A stretch of DNA of 64,000 nt from Octopus sinensis (GCF_006345805.1 NC_042997.1:167152001-167216000), one strand, 5' to 3'; counted from the first letter of the stretch, positions 40,771 through 53,265 are shown. Numbers and translations: made by a program. The notes: a model not told the origin generated them from the sequence alone.

Positions 40771-41178
40771 CACCAAGACCACTTGAGTGATCTACGTCAG
40801 AGAGCAAACGATGGAGAATAAACAATGAAGATAGATGAAATCAACAGCATCCCTAGCGTTGTAGCCCACCCCCGCATCTTTCTACATCAGTACATCTTTC
40901 CACATATAGATGTGTGTGAAATGGGGAAGGGGAATCAGGGTGTTGGTGTGTGGTGGTGGGGGGAATATGCGTGAGAGAAAAATGGACAGAAACAGAGAGA
41001 CAGGGAGAGAGGGCGGAGGCGTGTGAAGAGAGATAGAAAGAGAGGGAAAGAAGGTGAGAGAGTGAGAAATAGAGAAAAGGAAGGAGAGAGAAAGGAAGAG
41101 AGAGAGAGAGAGAATGAGATATGCTGGGAAGGCAGACAGAAAGCCAGCGATAAAGGGACAACGACCGTCGACAATAAC

Positions 41179-41213
<35 letters not shown>

Positions 41214-41307
41214 CGACGATGATTATGATGGTGGTTGTAGTGGTGGTAGTGGTGGTGGTAGTGATGATGATGCGAAGCTTTATAAAAGAAAAAGATAGAT
41301 GGATAGA

Positions 41308-41389
<82 letters not shown>

Positions 41390-41963
41390 AAAGAGACAGA
41401 CAGACAGAGGGAAAAGAATGAAAGAAAGAAAGAAAGAAAGAGAAGACAGACAGACGGACAGACAGACAGAAGTGAGTGAGTGAGCGAGCGAGTGAATGAG
41501 TGAGTGAGTGAGGAGAGGAGAGAGGGAAGAAGAAAAAGAAAAAGAGGAGTAGAACTTAAGAATAAGTGAAGCTAACCGAAGAAAGACATAGCATGTGTGC
41601 AAACATTGAGAAGTGTCCGAGTTAATCAGACGGAGGAAAGGGTGAGAGAAGAGAAGGAGGAGGAGGGAAGTTGGCAGTCAGACAGACAGACAAACAGTGG
41701 CAGAAAGACAGATAGACAGAGTATAAGTGAAACAGTGGTTGGTGGAATGCAGGTACGCCGTTTCAACAAAGCATGTCTTGTAAGGGGTTCTTCCGTCGAC
41801 TTTACGGAATGGAGTTGCCGGAAGCAAGAGTTATTTTCAGACAGACTCACCAAATCAGATTGATGAATCAATCTTTGGCCAACAATGGCGTAATAGTGCT
41901 GCGAGCTTCATTCTTTAGAACGGACGAGTAAACACGAGTAAACTCAATCCCCCACCACACACA

Positions 41964-42002
<39 letters not shown>

Positions 42003-42144
42003 ACACATACACACACATACACACACACACAGACACAAACATATATATATATATATACATGTTTGTGCATATATGTATATGTATATATGTATGTACGCAT
42101 ATGTGTATGCTATATATGTCTATAGTACATATGTGTGTGTGTGT

Positions 42145-42175
<31 letters not shown>

Positions 42176-42843
42176 CATACGTACATATCCACAAACATGC
42201 ATACATACACATCATCAGAAGTATACTTAAAATATTCGTCCAAAACCGATTCACAAAAACCTCTTCGTTTTGGGTATGTGTATATTTGTGAACATGTGAT
42301 GGTTGTATATGTACGTATAGTCATAAATGGAAATGCATACTCTTATATATATTTGCAAGTGTATCATAAATGTGTATGCTATGGTTACGTATAAACATGC
42401 ATATACACGCACTTGTTAGTCTGTATATTTCCGGATACTACGATTAGTATGTGGGTCGTTTTGCGTGTTGAGATGTACGCGTGATTTTCAGTCTGTTATG
42501 AAGACCTAAATCTAAAAATGCTATATGCCCCAAGAATATTTTATATTTTAACACCAGAAAGGTTAAATGAAATACAGAAATATCCTTTCATGATGTAGAC
42601 AATGCGTGTGCTGTCTTTGGTTCTTGTCAGTGTTTATAAACACGTGAATTTTACCGCTTTCTCATCTCACAAAATCTACACAGTTATACATGTATATATC
42701 TAACTTACATACGTACGCACGCATATTCATGCACACATAGAGGCATACATACAGATATATATAAAAGAATATGTGTGTGTGTGTGTGTGTTTATATGTGT
42801 ATGTGTTTATATATGTATGTATATATATATATGTATGTATGTA

Positions 42844-44528
42844 CACTTGCGTCGGAAATTAATTAGCACTTCTCAAATTTCTACATTTTCTTACATTTTC
42901 TTAATTTAATTAACTTATTATCAGAAACGAACTCGTTTTTAATCAAAAATTTATTAAAACATATCCCAGCACACCACATAATTGTTATTAATCGTGAAAT
43001 TTAGTCAATATCTTGTTGCTCCTCCTTTGGCAGCAATGAGAGCTGCTACGCGGGTCGGCATGCTGTCTATGAGCGCCTGCAGGTACTGTGCAGGGATGGC
43101 CCCCCCATGCAGCAAGAAGTGCCCCAAACAGCTCGTGTCGGTTCCTGTATTGTTGCACATTCAAATCCCTACCCAATCGACTCCAGAGGTTCTCAAAAGG
43201 GTTCAGGTCAGGTGACTGGCCAGGCCAGTCCATGACCGTCACCCCATGGTCCTTGAAGAACCGGTTGTGAGCTTTGCTGTGTGGGAAGGCGCGTTGTCCT
43301 GCTGGAGCAGTACTCCTCGCCACCAAAGAGGTATCCCGTACTATCTCAACGTACTTCGACGGATAGAGCCGCCCAACACCACTGTAGCTGAACGCCCCTC
43401 ACACCATCAGACCACCCCCACCTTGCTTCATGGTGGGAGCAATGCAGTCTTTGTTGAAGCGCTCACCCCTGCGGCGTCGCACATGGACAGCTTGTCACTG
43501 ACGAGACTGAATCGCGACTCGTAAGTGAACATCACTGTCCGCCACTGCTGCAACGGTCCATGTCTTGTGGGCACGGGCCCAGAGCAGGCCGCCTCTTCAG
43601 GTTTTCGGCTGTAAGGAGCGGCTTACGGGTGGCCCTACAAGATTTTAGACCAGCTTCCAGTAATCTGGTCTTGACGGTGGTTGTAGACAACTGCTTCCCT
43701 GTCATCTTTGCATCTCCTCCGCCAGTTGCCGGCTCGTTACCCTTCGGTTGTACAGTGACTTTCGGATCAGCATCCGGTCCTCCCGCTGGGTCGTCAGCCT
43801 CTTCCGTCCCCTACCCTTTTTGTCAGCTGCTGATCCGGTTTCCTCGTATTTCTTAAATAAGCACTGAATTGTGCGCCTGGCTACACCAAATTTTCTGGCT
43901 ATTGCAACCTCCGACAGCTTCCCACGCCACGAGAGAGCCTTGTACCGTCTCTCCAGGTCATGCGAGGTCTTGGGCCATCTAGGAATGAACGATAAAAACC
44001 AGTTATTTTCATTAAAACTATTCATTTGAATAATGTTATGCTATAACAAAACTGCTATGAGTTATTATTCATTAAACAAAAAAGAAAGAAAGCAGAATTT
44101 CTCATCTTATTTGATATAACAGAAAGTTTTGTGAACCGGAAGTGACGTCACCAAGCAGAGTGTAGGAGAATTTGTGAGGAAAAAAAATCTTGCAAATACA
44201 CAAATCAATTAACCTACAAGCTGTTCAAAACGTCTTACGCGATGAGAAAACTTAGTACGGTGTGATTTCGGTCCTTGCGAGGCGCTACCTATATCTATTA
44301 AACAAAGGAAGATTTGTCTACATCCGCACCCCAAGTTGTTGTTGCTCTGCTATGTCAACATCATTAGGCTGTAGACTCTCAAACCGCTCTGCAAACAAAG
44401 TTACGTCATCGTTCTGCGCAACAGTGAACTCGCAACAAAGCAATAGTTCGAGATATGGCCACTAGGTGACAGCAAATACCTTGAGTGAAGAGCAAATCAA
44501 GGGTGCTAATTAATTTCTGACGGTAGTG
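42844..44528 (-). mobile_element. Full-length decayed Tc1-family DNA transposon
   Basis: TA duplications at 42842-43 and 44529-30. 26-bp TIRs cacttgcgtcggaaattaattagcac and gtgctaattaatttctgacggtagtg. Confidence 0.92.
43005..43978 (-). pseudogene. Tc1 transposase, frameshifted
   Basis: HTH region IARKFGVARRTIQ...GRGRKRLTTQREDRMLIR, RKPLL, QQDNAPSH, WPGQSPDLNPFENLW and C-terminal AKGGATRY*. Confidence 0.9.
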
Positions 44529-44632
44529 TATGTATGTATGTATGTATGTATGTATGTATGTATGTATGTATGTATGTATGTATACACACACACACAATTT
44601 ATTATATATATATATATATATATATTGTAACC

Positions 44633-45060
44633 ATGGCGTCGAAGTCAATCACATTTGCATAGGACTCTATTCATGTTTTGGAGTAATGAATATTTTTTTT
44701 TAAATTCTATCGTAAACAGAAGTCTGGTAGAATATATACACATATTCTTTGGATAAGAGTAAAGAAACTCCTCCCGAGAGAAGATGTAGCCACCAAGCAG
44801 TGAAAATGAACTGATAAATAACATGTAGTTTGCTACTGCATACAGCATGGTAATACCGAATAGCAAGATCAGTTACTGTAAGACAGGGAACTATTAAGAC
44901 AAACCCTCCCGAGCTTCTGCTACAAATAAAGATCTTTAGCAATTTATAGAATGTTTTTTACTGAAGATTCCTCCATCGGTTACAGCTTTACACACAGTAA
45001 CAACTTCAGCGAAATTTTCTTCAAATTCCGTGATATTTGACTGGAGGCAGGCAGTCCATC
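44633..45060 (-). pseudogene. Decayed ORF of unknown family (paralogue 1)
   Basis: Across frameshifts: VTDGGIFSK/TFYKLLKIF...FVLIVP...LAIRYYH...HVIYQFIF / FSREEFLYSYPKN...TRLLF...KYSL / SYANVIDFDAM. Aligns at protein level with 50734-51110. Confidence 0.45.
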
Positions 45061-45399
45061 TTTATGCATATTCCTCGTTGGTTCAACAATCCTTCTGCGA
45101 TAGCCTACTAAATATGAACATTTAATCTGACTAAACTCCCTTACTATGTTCCTCGGGAATTTAGTAACCTTAACGTTAAAGATAAGTAGAAAATGAAAGT
45201 AACTTTACGAAGAAGGACATGACTATTGAAGAGATTGCAGTTATAAGCCAATAATAACGCAGTTGAACTATGAAAATTCACCAAAAGTTCATATTATGAT
45301 AAATTCCTTTATACACGGTGTTATTCTAGCATGGCCGTAGCCGCATGGCTGAAACGAATCCAATAATAAAAAAATAAGAGTATAAAGTGCAGAGATATA

Positions 45400-45700
45400 A
45401 ACATACATACACACAGATACAGACAGACAGACACACACACATACATACATAATACATACATACATACATACATACATACATACATACATACACACATACA
45501 TACATACATACATACATACATACACACATACATACATACATACATACAACATACATACATACACACATACATACATACAACATACATACATACATACATA
45601 CAACATACATACATACATACATACACACATACATACATACATACACACATACATACATACATACATACATACATACATACGTACGTACACACATAAATAC
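45400..45700. repeat. (CATA)n-dominated microsatellite
   Basis: Direct reading. Confidence 0.95.
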
Positions 45701-46513
45701 ATACAAGTTTTTCAGTCATATATACATGTATACGAACGTACATACATGTATACAAACACACATTCAAACATGCGTGCACATCTACATATATGCATACACA
45801 TATATCACTTAGACTTGTACCATTTACTCTCTTTTGGAATTTCTTTTCCTTTCTCCTCTCTCACCCTCTACATCTTCTTTCTCTATTGTCCCATTATTAT
45901 CCCAAATTGGAGAAAATACAATGTACATTTTTCCCCAACCAGTAATTATTGTGGATTCATCAGTCCATATTAATTACTATTATTGAATTGTTCTGATTAG
46001 TACTACTCAGCATTTTTGAACAGATACCAAAAATCGAACCCATTATAAACAAATAAAATGCTTTCTCCTATCACAGTTGAATAAAGTGCTTAAGGTAAAA
46101 TGATAGATTTAGACTCCCCTTCATCTCAGACGACACAACTATATTTAATATGTATGTATTTGTATTCCATTTTATACATTTAACATTGAATTCAGGATAA
46201 ACATATTTAATTATATCTTGGCGAATAGCAAAAGAAAGCAAATCATCAATAATTTTTATACTAATTTTCTTTAAAAAACCTGTAGTAAAATGACGTGCTT
46301 CTTTCAGTTTCGGTCTTCCAAATCCACTCACAATATTTTAAGTCATGGTAAACCTGGCATCGGAAAAGAAGTCTTTGGTATTTCCATTCTCCTAGTGCTC
46401 CTAAAGCATTTACTTATACTGTTTAATGATTTACGTTCGGAGTGTAATGGTATATAGTTTGAAATTCAATGTTCTGACCACAGTCATCTCATCATGATTA
46501 TGAGACATGTTAA

Positions 46514-46722
46514 GGCGGTGCGCTGGCTGAATTGTTAGCACGCCGGGAAAAATGCCCGGCGGTATTTCGTCCGTCTTTACGTTCTGAGCTCCAGTTCCAC
46601 CGAGGTCGATTCATCCTTTCGGGGTTGATAAAATAAGTACTAACTGAGCACTGGGGTCAATGTAATTAAGTTGCTTACCTCTTCCCCGAAGTCACTGGTC
46701 TTGTGCCAAAATTTGAAACCAT
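46514..46722 (+). mobile_element. SINE family A
   Basis: ggcggtgcgctggctgaattgttagcacgccggg...ttcatcctttcggggttgataaaataagtac...tttgaaacca. Confidence 0.85.
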
Positions 46723-47419
46723 TATGAGTTACGTGGAACATATGTATTATAGTCATGTTGTTGTTATGATAACGTCGTGCTTGTTGTATAGATCTGACCT
46801 TCCATGATAATGCAGACCCCCTAATCATGTAACATTACTTGCCATGAGTAAACCCATCACAGTGTATATATAGGACGAGGTTATCAAATGGTGTGGTTTG
46901 AAGAGAGGGTGTGAGATTTTGGTGTTATTACTAGCAGGTCGAACGAACATTAAAACTCACTCCGAGACATGCTAAAATATATAAACCACATTTTAAATAC
47001 AACAAGCCGTTTGTTGTGATAGATTTCTTTGATATATTGTTCTAGTTGAGAGATCACGGAGCATCTCACTAGTGTAGTCTACAAGTTGCTTGCATGTTTG
47101 ATGCAAAAGATGCCTGCAGCTCGGTTAACTACTTAGAAGCTCTCCTACTGGTTTGAAAATAATAATTTTATTTAATGTTAGCTTAGATTTTAAAATATGT
47201 AGTGAGAAAAATGTCAACTGTGACGTCCATTCGTCTCCCAGTAGCATAACAGAGCTAATTTAATTGAGATCGGGTAAAAGAGCGAATCGAGGTCACCATC
47301 TTGTCAGAAACTCACACACTCTTTTCGGTCATACAAAAGAAGTGGGAAAATGAGTCGTATTCCTGTTCTGATTTCTCATTTCATTTTATCTATTATTCTG
47401 TTATCTATTTATTTTATTC

Positions 47420-47466
<47 letters not shown>

Positions 47467-47624
47467 TATATATATATATAAAGCAATAAGATTCAAGTTA
47501 ATTTAAATGAATTTACTTGAATATGGTACCTAACTTAGATGCACCAAAAAAAACTATACTGTTTTTAACAATACAGTAATGTGGGGTGATTATAAGCGAG
47601 AAAGAAGCAACAAGAATGGATGGT

Positions 47625-47715
47625 TTTTAGTACAATCGTTTCATACAAGGACAGGCTTTATTAAAAGTTGTAAAAATTACATCATATAAACGTGTCCCGT
47701 ACTCATCAGCTAAAA
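47625..47715 (-). ncRNA. Hammerhead motif (mirror copy in the left palindrome arm)
   Basis: Reverse complement of the 48755-48843 motif with two extra bases in the 3' strand of stem II. Confidence 0.65.
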
Positions 47716-48754
47716 TACATGTGAGTTCTTTAGACATCCTAGTGGTTGAGGCTATACTCATGAAGTAATGTAGATAATTAAGTAACATAAACAGATTTCC
47801 AAAGTTCATTAAAGTTCTTAAAGATGATGTACAGTCTTATCACAGAATTTTAAAAAAGTTCTAATAGCATCACAGAGAAGGACCTAATCCATAGAGCACT
47901 ATGAATTTCCAGAGATATGATGAGGGATTACATACTCACAGAAGACAAATTATCCATTGTTAATCACAACGAGGTGGGTCTCAATTCCTGCTTATTAGCA
48001 TTACAGAGAGGGTGAATTAATCCTTTGTATAGATGCACAATTCCAATGGTGTAGATGTAAGTTTCCAGAGAAATGAAGAGGAATTTCATATTCACAGACG
48101 ATAAATTTATCAATGGTTGAAACACAATGAGGTAGGTATCAATTCTTGTTATATGATTAGGTATTTGCCACATTAATCACACATACTGCTATTTACAAGA
48201 GCTGTAGCTATTTAATTATAAAGGCTGAGGGCTTTAAAGCCCTTCAGCCTTTATAAGTTAAATAGCTACAGCCTCTTGTAAATAGCAGTAATGTGATTAA
48301 TGTGGCAAATACCTAATCATATAACAAGAATTGAACCTACCTCATTGTGTTCAACCATTGTAAATTTATCGCCTGTGAATATGAATTCCTCTTCATTTCT
48401 CTGGAAACTTACATCTACACCATTGGAAATTGTGCAATCTATACAAGGATTAATTCACCCTCTCTGTAATGCTAATAAGCAGGAATTGAGACCCACCTCG
48501 TTGTGATTAACAATGGATAAATTGGTCTCCTGTGAGTATGTAATCCCTCATCATATCTCTGGAATTCATATGTGGCTTATGGATTAGGTCACCTTCTCTG
48601 TGATGCTATTAGAACTTTTTAAAATTCTGTGATAGACTGTACATCATCTTAAAGAACTTTAATGAACTTGGAAATCTGTTTATGTTACTTAATTATCTAC
48701 ATTACTTCATGAGTATAGCCTCACCACTAGGATGTCTAAAGAACTCACCATGTA

Positions 48755-48843
48755 TTTTAGCTGATGAGTACGGGACACGTTTATATGCTGTAATTTTTAC
48801 AACTTTTAATAAAGCCGTCTTGTATGAAACGATTGTACTAAAA
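48755..48843 (+). ncRNA. Type I hammerhead motif with long stem II and intact core
   Basis: ttttag-CTGATGA-gtacgggac...gtcttgtat-GAAAC-gatt-GTA-ctaaaa: 6-bp stem I, 9-bp basal stem II including G-U pairs, GUA triplet. Confidence 0.78.
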
Positions 48844-48872
48844 ACCTATCCATTCTTGTTGCTTCTTTCTCG

Positions 48873-48963
<91 letters not shown>

Positions 48964-49761
48964 TATATATATATATAGAGAGAGAGAGAAAGGTTGAAGA
49001 AGCTGTCTATATATATATATATATATATAATACAGTGTACATTTAAACACATAAGGAATCCACTCGAGGGATTAAAGACGCTAGAAAGAACAGCTTGGTT
49101 CTATAACCACAAAATTAGGGATAAAATTCGACAGGAACGAAATGAAAAAATAAAAACATTTTACCATCTAGTTTTATGGACCAATTGGTTTCTGATTTTA
49201 GTTTAGCAAGCAAATACCATTTACCCGCTAGGTGAAATCTTTCTCAACAGGTACACCTTAGATTAAATATATAAACACGAGGTGATCAACTATGTGCCTC
49301 TTGCTTATACATCCTAATTTTTTCAAAATCTACTGCGCAGACGCAGTCCTTCGCCGGCAATAGAAAAATGCCAACTTTTAAAAACCAAAAACCGAAAATT
49401 ATCCAAAAACTTACAATACTTAATCATATCAAAGGGGAATGGAAATTAATAGAAATTTTCATTTCCAGTGGCCTAACGTGTAAAAATTTTAGTCCAAAGA
49501 CTATGTATTGGTCATAAAATACAGTGTAAGTTTAAATACAAAATTGGGGATAAAATTCGACAGGAACGAAATGAGTGGATTCCTTATGTGTCTCCAAATA
49601 CTGCACATTTACATAAATACATGCTAAAATACCCTGTTGATGTTGCTGAAATTCCAATGAAGGAGCCTTGGATCTTGGTTAGAAACCGACTTTTTCTGTA
49701 TTGGAAAAAAATCTTAAAATAAAACTGAATAATAACATATATACACACACACATACATACA

Positions 49762-49795
<34 letters not shown>

Positions 49796-50595
49796 CATAC
49801 ATACATACATACATACATACATAATACATACATACATACATACATACATACATACATGCATACATACATTACATGCATACATACATTCAGTCATAAGGCT
49901 GACAGACATAAGCATACGTACGATTTCCCTCTAAAAGCAAAATGTTATAAACATTATATATGTATATAGTTATGTGTATGTATGTATATATGTATATATT
50001 TATATTTGCATATATGTGTTTAAAAGGACTAATGTTATGACAATTTTCCGTGGATAACAGTGTGTTAGTACATGAATTAAGTTATCTGTGCATAAATATG
50101 TATGTTTGTACATGTGTAGTGTGTGTGTATGTGCGTGTATGTGTACGTAAATCAATATACGTGTGTGCCTGCTTGTACTTGTATGTGCGTGATTTCAGTC
50201 CGTTAAGTAGCACTAAAAAAAAAATAAAAGAAATGTTATGTACCCCAAGTATGCGTTATGTTTTAACATCCGAAAGATTAACTAGAATATAGAAATACCC
50301 TTTCATGATGTATACAATGTACATGCTGTCTTTGGTGTATCAGTGTTTATACATACGTGAAGTTTTGCCTCTTTCTCATCTCACAGCTTTACATAGTTAT
50401 ACATCCATGCAAACATACATAGATGCATACACACACATGCACACATACAAAAACACACACACACATATATATATATACATATATTCATATGTATATATAT
50501 ATATATGTGTGTGGTGTGTGTGTGTGTGTGTGGTGTGTGTGTGTGTGTGTATGTATATATATATTATATGTGTTGTGTATGTATATGTTATATAT

Positions 50596-50668
<73 letters not shown>

Positions 50669-50733
50669 TACATATATATATATACATCTATACATATACA
50701 CATATGTGCATACAGAGATTTGAAACATACATA

Positions 50734-51110
50734 CATGGCGTCGAAGTCAATCAAGACGGCATAGGTGACTATTCTTTCGTGTAATGAATATTATTCCATA
50801 AACTTTGCTTTGAATACCAGCTTAGTGAACAAAAATCTCATTATATCCTGTGTGTAAATCCACAGAAAAGACTGTTTAGTGAATTCTGTAGCAGTAATGA
50901 AGCGGGAAAATTAAACTAGTAAATATTATGTGGATTTCAACACATTAGATGATAGTAAAACAGTGTACTCAGACCAGCCATAGCATGTCTTGGAGTCAGT
51001 AAAAGAAATTCCTGAGGGATTTTAATTTAATTAAGATGTGTACTAATTATACAAAATATTTAGGGAAGATTTGTTGGTTAGTTACATGAAACGGATGAAC
51101 AGCCAGCTAA
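50734..51110 (-). pseudogene. Decayed ORF of unknown family (paralogue 2)
   Basis: VTNQQIFPKYFV*LVHIL / FLLLTP...LSTLFYYH...HNIY*FNF / FTKQSFLWIYTQD...TKLVF...*YSL...TYAVLIDFDAM. Confidence 0.45.
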
Positions 51111-51633
51111 TTTTATTTCAATGGGAAGCAATCTACGTTAGCTCAACAAAAAAGGGGCCTTCAAAAATGAAAAAAGGGAAATAATGATATCTGCTGTATA
51201 GTAGGTTCTACCAACGAGTAAATTGCTAAAAACGTGAACGGCAGTGAAAACAACTATAACATGTTGATATTACTGCCACGAGTTTGAAGGATATATAATC
51301 ATGTAACATATAGATCTTACTGCCAAAACCAGAAAGAGAAAGCTGATTTTCAAGGCTAAAATCCAAGCCATCACTGGAACTGTAAAAATCTGTAAAACAT
51401 TCCAGAAGTTTATCCTTTAAGTACATATGAGTATGTCTAACCATGCAACTATATACATGAGAATACATACATAAAACAAATCTACACACATACATGCATA
51501 CATACATTCATACATACATACATACATACATACATACATACATACATACATACATACATACATACATACATACATACATACATTATTTTACATTATTTAC
51601 AATTGACGGATATTTGTCTTCATCTTGTTTGTT

Positions 51634-51679
51634 AACTCACCGTTTCGGCTGAAATACCCTCCAACCTTCATCAGGTGTC
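51634..51679 (-). ncRNA. Minimal hammerhead motif with mutated cleavage triplet
   Basis: gacac-CTGATGA-a-ggttg...cagcc-GAAACGGT-gagtt. Confidence 0.65.
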
Positions 51680-51787
51680 TTGGGGGAAATTTCGAACCTG
51701 AGTTCTCATTCCTAAGGTATTTTTCGATGTTGTTATTGTTGTTATTGTTGTTATCATCATCATCATTATTATTATTATTATCATTCA

Positions 51788-51860
51788 GGTCACTGTCTGG
51801 AATCGAACTAGGAATCTTGGTGTTAGTAGCCTGCGCTCTTAACCACTACGCCATATTCCC
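51788..51860 (-). promoter_or_regulatory. tRNA-derived Pol III internal promoter (A and B boxes)
   Basis: A box TGGCGTAGTGG at 51853-51843 and B box GTTCGATTCC at 51808-51799. The cloverleaf is imperfect, so this is not called a tRNA gene. Confidence 0.75.
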
Positions 51861-52064
51861 GTGGGCTTATGTCTAATGTCAGCTCCAACCCGATTAGATA
51901 ATACAGTTCTGTATTTAAGAGATGAGGAATTATGTACATTATTTACAATTGACGGATATTTGTCCTCATCTTGTTTGTTGTTAACACAAAATTTCGTCTT
52001 ATATACCCTCCAGCCTTCATCCGGTGTCTTGGGGAAATTTCGAACCTAGGTTCTCACTCCCAAA

Positions 52065-52110
52065 GACACCTGATGAAGGCTGGAATGTATATCAGCCGAA
52101 ACGTTGTGTT
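52065..52110 (+). ncRNA. Minimal hammerhead motif with intact core
   Basis: gacac-CTGATGA-a-ggctg-gaatgtatat-cagcc-GAAACGTT-gtgtt. Palindromic AACGTT stem III and GUU triplet. Confidence 0.8.
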
Positions 52111-52189
52111 AACAACAAACATAATGAGGACAAATATCCGCCAATTGTAAATAATGTATATAATTCCTCACGTCATAAATATAGAACTG

Positions 52190-52298
52190 TACCCTGTTGA
52201 TGTTGTTGAAATTCCAATGAAGGAGCCTTGGATCTAAGTCAGAAACTGGTTCTTTCACTATGGCAAGGAAATTTGAAATAAAACTGAATAATGACATA
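52190..52298 (+). repeat. Interspersed ~100-bp module ending in AATAAA and a (CATA)n tail (also 49630-49738 on + and 33455-33550 on -)
   Basis: taccctgttgatgttg(t/c)tgaaattccaatgaaggagccttggatct...aaataaaactgaataa then (CATA)n. Three copies in the window. Confidence 0.8.
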
Positions 52299-52789
52299 CA
52301 AGCATACATACATACATACATACATACATACATACATACATACATACATACATACATACATACATACATACATACTGCTTTTATTATGAAGCTAAGCAGA
52401 GACCCTCTCCTCAGTAACGTTCTATATATATATATAGGAGCAAAACGCCCCCCGTACAATTGACGGTGTTGAGTCGTCAAACATTTAAACCAAATTTTCT
52501 CAAAACAACTTGTCCGACCGTCCCATAGGCCTCGCCTTTGAGAAACACTGATTTAACCTAAATTTGAGACACCGGCAAAAGAACAAATAATGATAGACTT
52601 TTTTCTATTCCAAAGAAAAACGATTTTATTCACACAAATTTGTAACCGAAGAGTTTAAAGTACCAGTAATGATAAGGCTGTTGACTGGGAGAACACAAAC
52701 AAGGTTTAAACAGAAAACTTGGCAGGAAAGAAACGTGCCTTTAAGTAGTACAAAAACAACAAAAAATGGAAGGTGCAATTATGTACAGG

Positions 52790-52975
52790 TTGACGGAAGA
52801 AAAGCAGGACAAAAAACGGCTTTATCGATCGCATTCTCACCTGGAATCGATTTTTGTAATTTTTTCAAGACTTTCATACGCTCTGATACCGTCGGTATTT
52901 ACATATAAAATTTGAGCGCAATCGGATGGAGGATGCCCGAGATCCGAGAAGACACACAGACAGACAGACAGAACG
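52790..52975. mobile_element. Possible Helitron/Helentron-type non-autonomous remnant
   Basis: aaatttgagcgcaatcggatg...gacacacagacagacagacaga resembles motifs near the ends of such elements. Ends not defined. Confidence 0.3.
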
Positions 52976-53005
52976 GGTGTGTATGTTTATATATATACAT
53001 ATATA

Positions 53006-53160
53006 AGGAGTGGCTGTGCGGTAAGTAGCTTGCTTACCGACCACATGGTACCGGGTTCAGTCCCACCACGTGGCACCTTGAGCAAGTGTCTTCTATAGCC
53101 TGGGGCCGACCAAAGCCTTGCGAGAGAATTTGTTAGAGGGAAACTGAAAGAAGCCTCTTG
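53006..53160 (+). mobile_element. SINE family B, 5' part
   Basis: aggagtggctgtgcggtaagtagcttgcttacc...ccgggttcagtcccaccacgtggcaccttgagcaagtgtc. A more decayed copy lies at ~55010-55145. Confidence 0.85.
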
Positions 53161-53265
53161 TATATTTATATATGACTGTGTGTGTGTGTGCGTGTGTCTG
53201 TGTGTGTTTGTGTGTGCGTGCGTTGCGTGTGTATGTGTGGTGTGTGTTTATACATGCATACATAC

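Larger units (their letters stand above)
47591..48876. repeat. ~1.29-kb spacerless palindrome (arms ~640 bp)
   Basis: Centre gggcttt|aaagccc at 48235/48236. The arms are reverse complements differing mostly by 1-nt indels. Confidence 0.92.
51590..52191 (-). mobile_element. tRNA-head plus hammerhead tandem element (349-nt period) with an inverted terminal copy
   Basis: Direct repeats 51590-51711 and 51936-52060, each with an HHR on the minus strand. A tRNA-like segment lies between them. Inverted repeat 51902-52033 / 52059-52191. Confidence 0.8.

Noticed and set aside
40176-40790. 204-aa His-rich ORF, and a Gly/Cys-rich ORF on the opposite strand
   Set aside because: Degenerate (ACC)n tract open in several frames on both strands, with no signal peptide or splice evidence.
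46071-46331. 86-aa ORF MSGFGRPKLKEA...
   Set aside because: Its start is a fragment of SINE family B (gtgagtggatttggaagaccgaaactgaaagaagc), and the rest has no recognisable motif.
52210-52260. Hammerhead-like look of the (CATA)-tailed module (atgaagg...gaaac)
   Set aside because: The core does not match CUGANGA or a compensated variant in any of the three copies.
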